This document shows, piece after piece, positions 58,272 through 64,000 of a stretch of DNA of 64,000 nucleotides. The DNA comes from Balanoglossus misakiensis. Taxonomy: Eukaryota > Animalia > Hemichordata. The notes below the pieces were generated by a model. The model made no database searches. It was not told the DNA's origin and was given only the letters and a program-made list of their open reading frames with translations. Position numbers and translations under genes: made by a program. Every line of letters begins with the position of its first letter. The stretch's first letter is position 1. The stretch spans positions 62,001 through 126,000 of the forward strand of contig JBECUI020000033.1 of assembly GCA_040954595.2 (NCBI GenBank), read 5' to 3'.

Positions 58272-59381
58272 ATGAGAATAGGAGTTGCCAAGGAAATTAA
58301 GTCCCACGAGTATCGTGTGGGTATGACACCTGCAGATGTACGAGCCTATGCCAGTCATGGGCACGAAATTGTTATAGAATCCGGTGCTGGTCATCCGGTG
58401 AGTTTTCCTGATCATGAATATCAGGCCGCCGGGGGAATTATAGAAAAAGATAAGGAAGCCCTCTTCGCTTCCTGTGAAATGATTGTAAAGGTTAAGGAAC
58501 CCCAGCCTCCGGAGTTTAAACTTTTTCGAGAGGGTCAGTTACTCTTTACCTATCTTCATCTGGCTGCTGAAGAGAAACTGACTAAGTTACTCTTAGAGCG
58601 GAAGGTCACGGCGGTGGCCTACGAAACTATAGAGGAACACAATTCTCTTCCCTGTCTTGTTCCTATGAGTGAGATTGCCGGGCGCCTCTCAGTGCAGGAA
58701 GGGGCAAAGTATCTGGAAAAACAATTCGGAGGACGCGGAATCCTCTTAGGAGGGGTCCCTGGGGTACGTCGGGGACGTATTGCCATTATTGGTGGAGGAA
58801 TTGTGGGGACCAACGCCGCCAAGATTGCTATAGGTATTGGGGCGGATGTTAGCATCCTTGATGTAAACGCTCGACGTCTGGCCTATCTGGATGACATTTT
58901 CGGGGCCGCTGTGAGCACCCTCTACAGTACGGATGCCAATATCGAAATGGTCTTAAGAGAATCCGATCTGGTTATTGGGGCTGTGTTGATTCCTGGTTCC
59001 CGAGCTCCCCGTTTGATTCGTAGAGAGCATCTTAAATTGATGAAAGAAGGGGCGGTGATTGTGGATGTTGCTGTGGACCAGGGGGGCTGTGTTGAAACAA
59101 GTAAACCCACCACACATAGCGATCCAGTTTATACTCTTGATGGGGTTGTGCATTACAGTGTAGCCAATATGCCTGGTTCCGTGGGTCTCACCAGCACTCT
59201 GGCCTTGACTGGTACCACCTTGCGCTATGGGCTCTTTTTGGCGGATATGGGACTGGCACGGGCGGTAAAAAGCTCCAGGGCTCTGGCTACTGGGGTAAAC
59301 ACGCATAAAGGTTTTATTACCTGCCCGGGGGTGGCTAGGGCCTTTGACATGGAATGCCGGGACGTCCGAGAACTTGTATAA
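58272..59381 (+). CDS. ald: Alanine dehydrogenase
   Basis: KEIK.HEYRV, VKVKEP, FTYLHLAA, PMSEIAGR, GGGIVG, VDQGGC, VANMPG. Confidence 0.97.
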   Translation: MRIGVAKEIKSHEYRVGMTPADVRAYASHGHEIVIESGAGHPVSFPDHEYQAAGGIIEKDKEALFASCEMIVKVKEPQPPEFKLFREGQLLFTYLHLAAEEKLTKLLLERKVTAVAYETIEEHNSLPCLVPMSEIAGRLSVQEGAKYLEKQFGGRGILLGGVPGVRRGRIAIIGGGIVGTNAAKIAIGIGADVSILDVNARRLAYLDDIFGAAVSTLYSTDANIEMVLRESDLVIGAVLIPGSRAPRLIRREHLKLMKEGAVIVDVAVDQGGCVETSKPTTHSDPVYTLDGVVHYSVANMPGSVGLTSTLALTGTTLRYGLFLADMGLARAVKSSRALATGVNTHKGFITCPGVARAFDMECRDVRELV

Positions 59382-59431
59382 GAAATTTGTGAGTTCCTTA
59401 TGAACAAAAGGCCTCGGGTTACTAAAGGAAT

Positions 59432-60115
59432 CTAGGGGTTTCGTTCGTGGTTCTTTCTGTCCGGTGGCCTTAGGTTTTGCTGGAAATAACTTCCCAACTC
59501 GGTAGCTACATCCCTCATAAGATAGTTTTCCCCAGTGATTTCTTTGAGGGAAGTCACCCCCCTGTTGACAATCCCACAGGGGACTATCCATCCGAAATGG
59601 TTCAAATCAGGCTGGATATTCAAGGCAAAACCGTGGGATGTGACATTTTTTTTGATTGCCAGTCCCATGGCGGCGATTTTTTTATTTCCTATCCAAACGC
59701 CTGTGTAGGCTCTCTCCTGCCTGGCCTCGACACCCTGTACCTCGGCCAGGTATTGAATAAGGATATTTTCCACAGTCTGCACAAAATGGCGTACTCGGTA
59801 GCCCCAGTCAAGCATGTTCACAAAGAGATAGCCCACCAGTTGCCCAGGACCATGATAAGTAATTTCTCCTCCTCTGTCGGTGCGAATAAGTTCTACACCC
59901 ACGGTGGCGGGGTCGACAAGGAGATTGGCTTCTTGATTCTGTCGAAGCCCCGAAGTAATTACCGGGGGATGTTCCAGTAGCCAGAGAGTGTCATTTCTTT
60001 TCCCTGCAATCCGCTCCGCATGGAGTTGCTGTTGACGAATCAGGGCCTGATGGTAGGGGACAGGGTGAAGAGAAATTAAAACATCCAACACAACTTTAAG
60101 AGACTCCACCGACAC
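59432..60115 (-). CDS. lipB: Lipoyl(octanoyl) transferase
   Basis: LLEHPPV, DRGGEITYHGPGQLVGY, KIAAMG, SHGFALN, IVPCG. Confidence 0.97.
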   Translation of the reverse strand: MSVESLKVVLDVLISLHPVPYHQALIRQQQLHAERIAGKRNDTLWLLEHPPVITSGLRQNQEANLLVDPATVGVELIRTDRGGEITYHGPGQLVGYLFVNMLDWGYRVRHFVQTVENILIQYLAEVQGVEARQERAYTGVWIGNKKIAAMGLAIKKNVTSHGFALNIQPDLNHFGWIVPCGIVNRGVTSLKEITGENYLMRDVATELGSYFQQNLRPPDRKNHERNP

Positions 60116-60357
60116 TTATTCAAAGGAAATCCCTGAAAGGCTCTAGATTTCTTGAATCTTCTGCCCTCTCCAGAAGAAAAAACAGAGTGCAGGCAGGTTT
60201 TTATCAATTCTATCATGACCCTGGCCCTGTGTCGATCAGGGCTAGAGACTGAAAACGTAAATTCTCTGTTCTTAAGGTTCCTCGACTTTGAAGCAGCCTT
60301 CCTCCTGATCTTGTTACAAAGGAAAAAGAGGTGGAATTTCCAAAGAAGGAGAAATGT

Positions 60358-61791
60358 ATGAATAAAAGAAACAGAACTGGTATATGGATTGTCTTGGCTG
60401 TTCTTACGGCAGGTTGTAGTATGGCAAAAACGGATAAGGAAATCGAACTCGTCCTTGCTATGGCGGAACCTGAAGATATGTTCCGGGAGCTAGAGCGGAT
60501 TGCGGCACGCTTCCCGAAAAACTTGAAGGCCAAGACCTATCTGACTGTTTTGTCCCTGTCTACCGGAAATGTCGCCAAGGCACAGGAATTGGCCGAAGCC
60601 GCCATACCATTAATAAAGCGCCGGAGTTCTGAAGATCTTATTTACATGCTCTATGTTGCCGCAGGCGACACAGCACTCCATCAGAAAAAGTTTGAAGATG
60701 CCTATGCCTTTTTTGACCAGGCCCTAACGCATAACCCCGATGACCCTATGACCTCTTCGCTCTTGCAAGCCCGGGCGGCTCTTGCTATGAAACTTGAATC
60801 TGAAGCTTTGCAATCCTATGAAACTACCTGGGAAGAAAAGAATCGAGAACTCTTTCAGGAAGAGGATTTGCAGAATTATATTGCCCTCTGTCTTAACGCT
60901 GGCTTAAAAGAGCGTGCCTTGGAGCTTGGCCTCGCAGGCTTCCGGCGTTATGGCTATAAACCTACCGCGGGGCTCTACCTGTCTATGCTGCACGAAGAAG
61001 CTGGAGAGATTGGTTTAAGCATTCTGAGTGCCTATGCAGATCTTCGTTACTCCCTGACTCAGGGAGAGCTGAGTTCCGCTGAACTTTCTAAGAATATTGA
61101 CATCTTAGAAGAAAGTTTGCTTGCCCAAGGCCAGGATGATGAAAACATGCTTCTCATCCTTAAGAATCTGGAGTCGGAGAGCTGGGCTGAGGCCCATGCC
61201 CTTCTTTCTCAATGGGAGTCAGGGCATCCATTGGTGGATCTCTGGACACTGGTAAGCGGTTTGGAAAGCGGTGATTTGGAAATGCAGGGGATAAATTCTC
61301 TGTTAGCCCTGGAGGCGTATTTTGTTGCCTATCCGGATTACTATTACCGGCTGAACAGGGCATTCCGGAAACTCAAAGAAAACTATAGCTTTCTTGATCA
61401 AAGGCCCATTCTGGAAAAGGTTATTTTTTTAGCTCCAAGATCTCCTCTGGTCCAGGAGATGCGTCAGGAGCTTTGCCGTCTTTTATTTCTGGATGAGAAA
61501 CATGCTCAGGATCTTTACCTTCTTCACGAACAGGCCGCCGTAGTTGAACAGTTCTCCGTAACAGGAAATCCAGAAGCCCTGGAGCCCTTGCTGCGGCTTT
61601 TGGATTTGGAAAACAATCCCTACACCCTGTCGGCTGAACAGGCACTCAAATATCTGGCCGAAATTCCCACAGCAGCGGCCTTTCTCCGGAAAAACAGCGG
61701 TGCCACCCCACGGCGTTCACAGCGTCTGGAAGCCATGTTGACAGATGGAATTCAGCCCCCACCCTTGCTGGTGACTTCAGAAACAAACTAA
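60358..61791 (+). CDS. TPR-containing lipoprotein
   Basis: Lipobox LTAGC after a basic N-terminus; TPR-like helical repeats. Confidence 0.75.
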   Translation: MNKRNRTGIWIVLAVLTAGCSMAKTDKEIELVLAMAEPEDMFRELERIAARFPKNLKAKTYLTVLSLSTGNVAKAQELAEAAIPLIKRRSSEDLIYMLYVAAGDTALHQKKFEDAYAFFDQALTHNPDDPMTSSLLQARAALAMKLESEALQSYETTWEEKNRELFQEEDLQNYIALCLNAGLKERALELGLAGFRRYGYKPTAGLYLSMLHEEAGEIGLSILSAYADLRYSLTQGELSSAELSKNIDILEESLLAQGQDDENMLLILKNLESESWAEAHALLSQWESGHPLVDLWTLVSGLESGDLEMQGINSLLALEAYFVAYPDYYYRLNRAFRKLKENYSFLDQRPILEKVIFLAPRSPLVQEMRQELCRLLFLDEKHAQDLYLLHEQAAVVEQFSVTGNPEALEPLLRLLDLENNPYTLSAEQALKYLAEIPTAAAFLRKNSGATPRRSQRLEAMLTDGIQPPPLLVTSETN

Positions 61792-61931
61792 GCAAACATT
61801 TGGCTCTGGAACTTCGGACTTGAGAAAATAGATTTATATGCTTGAATACAACTCGAGGTAGAATTCTGTTTTCGGGCATCCGGAAGAAGAACTCTTTTTG
61901 TAGTTAAGTTCTGCTAGAAGGTTTGAATCTC

Positions 61932-62675
61932 GTATTGGGCCGGTTTTCTGTTGGTTAGTAGATTCTTCTGTTTGAGTTTCGTATTGGGCCGATTTTCTGT
62001 TGGTTAGTAGATTCTTCTGTTTGAGTTTCGTATTGGGACCGGTTTTATGTTGGTTAGTAGATTCTTCTGTTTGAGTTTCGTATTGAGACCGGTTTTCTGT
62101 TGGTTAGTAGATTCTTCTGTTTGAGTTCCGTATTGAGACCGGTTTTCTGTTGGTTAGTAGATTCTTCTGTTTGAGTTCCGTATTGGGCCGGTTTTCTGTT
62201 GGTCAGTAGATTCTTCTGTTTGAGTTTCGTATTGAGACCGGTTTTATGTTGGTTAGTAGATTCTTCTGTTTGAGTTTCGTATTGAGACCGGTTTTCTGTT
62301 GGTCAGTAGATTCTTCTGTTTGAGTTCCGTATTGGGACCGGTTTTCTGTTGGTTAGTAGATTCTTCTGTTTGAGTTCCGTATTGGGCCGGTTTTATATTG
62401 GTCAGTAGATTCTTCTGTTTAAGTTCCGTATTGAGACCGGTTTTCTGTTGGTTAGTAGATTCTTCTGTTTGAGTTTCGTATTGGGCCGGTTTTCTGTTGG
62501 TTAGTAGATTCTTCTGTTTGAGTTTCGTATTGGGCCGGTTTTCTGTTGGTTAGTAGATTCTTCTGTTTGAGTTCCGTATTGAGACCGGTTTTCTGTTGGT
62601 TAGTAGATTCTTCTGTTTGAGTTCCGTATTGAGACCGGTTTTCTGTTGGTCGGTAGATTCTTCTGTTTGAGTTTT
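61932..62675. repeat. Tandem array C: 15 units of 49-50 bp
   Basis: Consensus GTATTG(GG/AGA)CCGGTTTTCTGTTGGTTAGTAGATTCTTCTGTTTGAGTT(T/C)C repeated head-to-tail. Confidence 0.97.
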
Positions 62676-62691
62676 TTAGCAGGCCTGAATT

Positions 62692-63870
62692 TGATGTGTC
62701 AAAAATCTTGTATACCTTCAGAATACCAATGTTGAAAGAGCCCAACTTACTTTTTGCTGTATCACTTTGAGTAAGTCAATATCCAGATACTCTTCTGTAC
62801 ATCATGTTGTTCCCATGATGTCCCTGAGCTTGGCAGTTGGTAGCAAGACAGCAGAATTTCGTTTGGGGAAATCTTTCAACAATCCTGGTTCTGCTGTTTG
62901 ATTTCTTTCAAGGGATGATTGCTCCTGATCAGAAGCCAATGTTCCGGAAAAAAATTCCTATACTCAAGAGTTTCGTGGATGTAGTTTTTCACCATGTCAG
63001 CAGTCTTGGGAAGTTTCATATCGTGGAATTTTTTCACCCAGCTGATCCTTCTCAAAAGCAGCCTCTCTATCTTCTTGCGCATGTATTCCCTACAACATCC
63101 GATAATTCCACCGACTTCCCGTGGGGAACTACCGAGAAGACATTCCGGTAATAGTGTCCAACGCTATCGAATACATTGTGCTTTTAGGAGACACTCTTCG
63201 ATGGATTCGACAATCCTATGCATTGTCGGTTATGAAGAGCTGATTATCTTTGAGCCCTCGGTTTTTCAGGTGGCAAAAAATTGCTCCATCCAGCTTCATC
63301 TTCCTTTGTACCTTCAACAAGGACTAAAACACTGCGATATCCGCTTTTTAAAACGCCTATCGCTACTAGAACGCTTACATTCCGCATCTTTCCAGCCCAT
63401 GGGCTCTTAGGGACTGTCCCATCCAAATACAGTTTTCATTGATGGATTTACTCTCCAAGTATCGATTTTCTCCTAGATCTCCTGGTTCCTATTGTTCATT
63501 GTTCCATAGCACTTACCTTGGTTCCCCCAAGAGGCTCGGTAATATCTTCAACTCACCAAACACATCAGTATCCAGCTTCCGGGTGTGATGTCCGCCAGGA
63601 ATATCTTCTCGTGCATCTGTGGCCTATATTTTCCAACCTGGAGTCCGCTTCGAGCATGGCTATTCAAGGTTTCTTCTACGGTTTTCTTCAACCATTGGTC
63701 TTACCTTGAGCGGTAGGAGACCTTCATCGATCTGTATGAACTTTCCGCTTGGGGTCTTCTCTGGCTTCATTCTTCCTCTGAGTGAATAATATTGGGTTTG
63801 ATTCCATTTCAATATTGGAGAATAGTTTTTAATGTCATTTCAAAATGTACGCAGTTTCCTAGGCCTTATC
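62692..63870 (-). mobile_element. Heavily degraded IS256 copy (same subtype as 38558-39844)
   Basis: Fragments WAGKMRNVSVLVAIGV, EGTKED..GW, FPEHWLLIRSNHPL; decayed ends. Confidence 0.8.
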
Positions 63871-64000
63871 ATTCTTCCAGAAGGACTTTGAAGTCGATCC
63901 TCTTGCCTTTTGGGAAAAGAAAAACACTGTGACGGATGTACTTGAAATATGTATAGGTAATCCTCTACCCGTAGTTTTTAAAGCTTTTCCCAGTGTTGCT

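Noticed and set aside
61932-62675. Array C as a canonical CRISPR array
   Set aside because: Head-to-tail near-identical units with no unique spacers and no cas genes nearby.

Overview
A 64-kb bacterial chromosome segment that looks spirochaetal (tRNA-Arg(GCG), tRNA-Ser cluster-ffs-dnaX-ybaB-recR order). Many genes are split by 1-bp indels, including housekeeping genes, which suggests an uncorrected long-read assembly and/or early genome decay. Core genes occupy ~1-26.8 kb and ~56.4-61.8 kb. Between the tRNA cluster (26.4-26.8 kb) and tRNA-Ser(TGA) (56.4 kb) lies a ~29.6-kb mosaic accessory region: AlkB, a Cas12-family gene, several IS256 elements, a truncated Mrr, McrBC, an S41 peptidase/beta-barrel pair and a GC-rich MurNAc uptake/recycling operon. 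Two observations stand out. (1) An orphan ~1180-codon type V effector of the Cas12a2/Cms1 (Cas12a3-like) lineage at 30818-34358 has all three RuvC catalytic acidic residues replaced (D>N, E>K, D>N) but keeps its zinc-ribbon cysteines. It has no adjacent CRISPR array or cas1/2/4, and an IS256 without target duplication sits 2 bp after its stop codon. It is a candidate naturally nuclease-dead RNA-guided protein. (2) Three otherwise unrelated non-coding tandem arrays (19x ~88-107 bp, 6x ~285 bp, 15x ~50 bp) each carry the same dyad AG-N-AGA-W-TCT-N-CT once per unit. Protein family calls rest on motif recognition from memory; no database searches were run.
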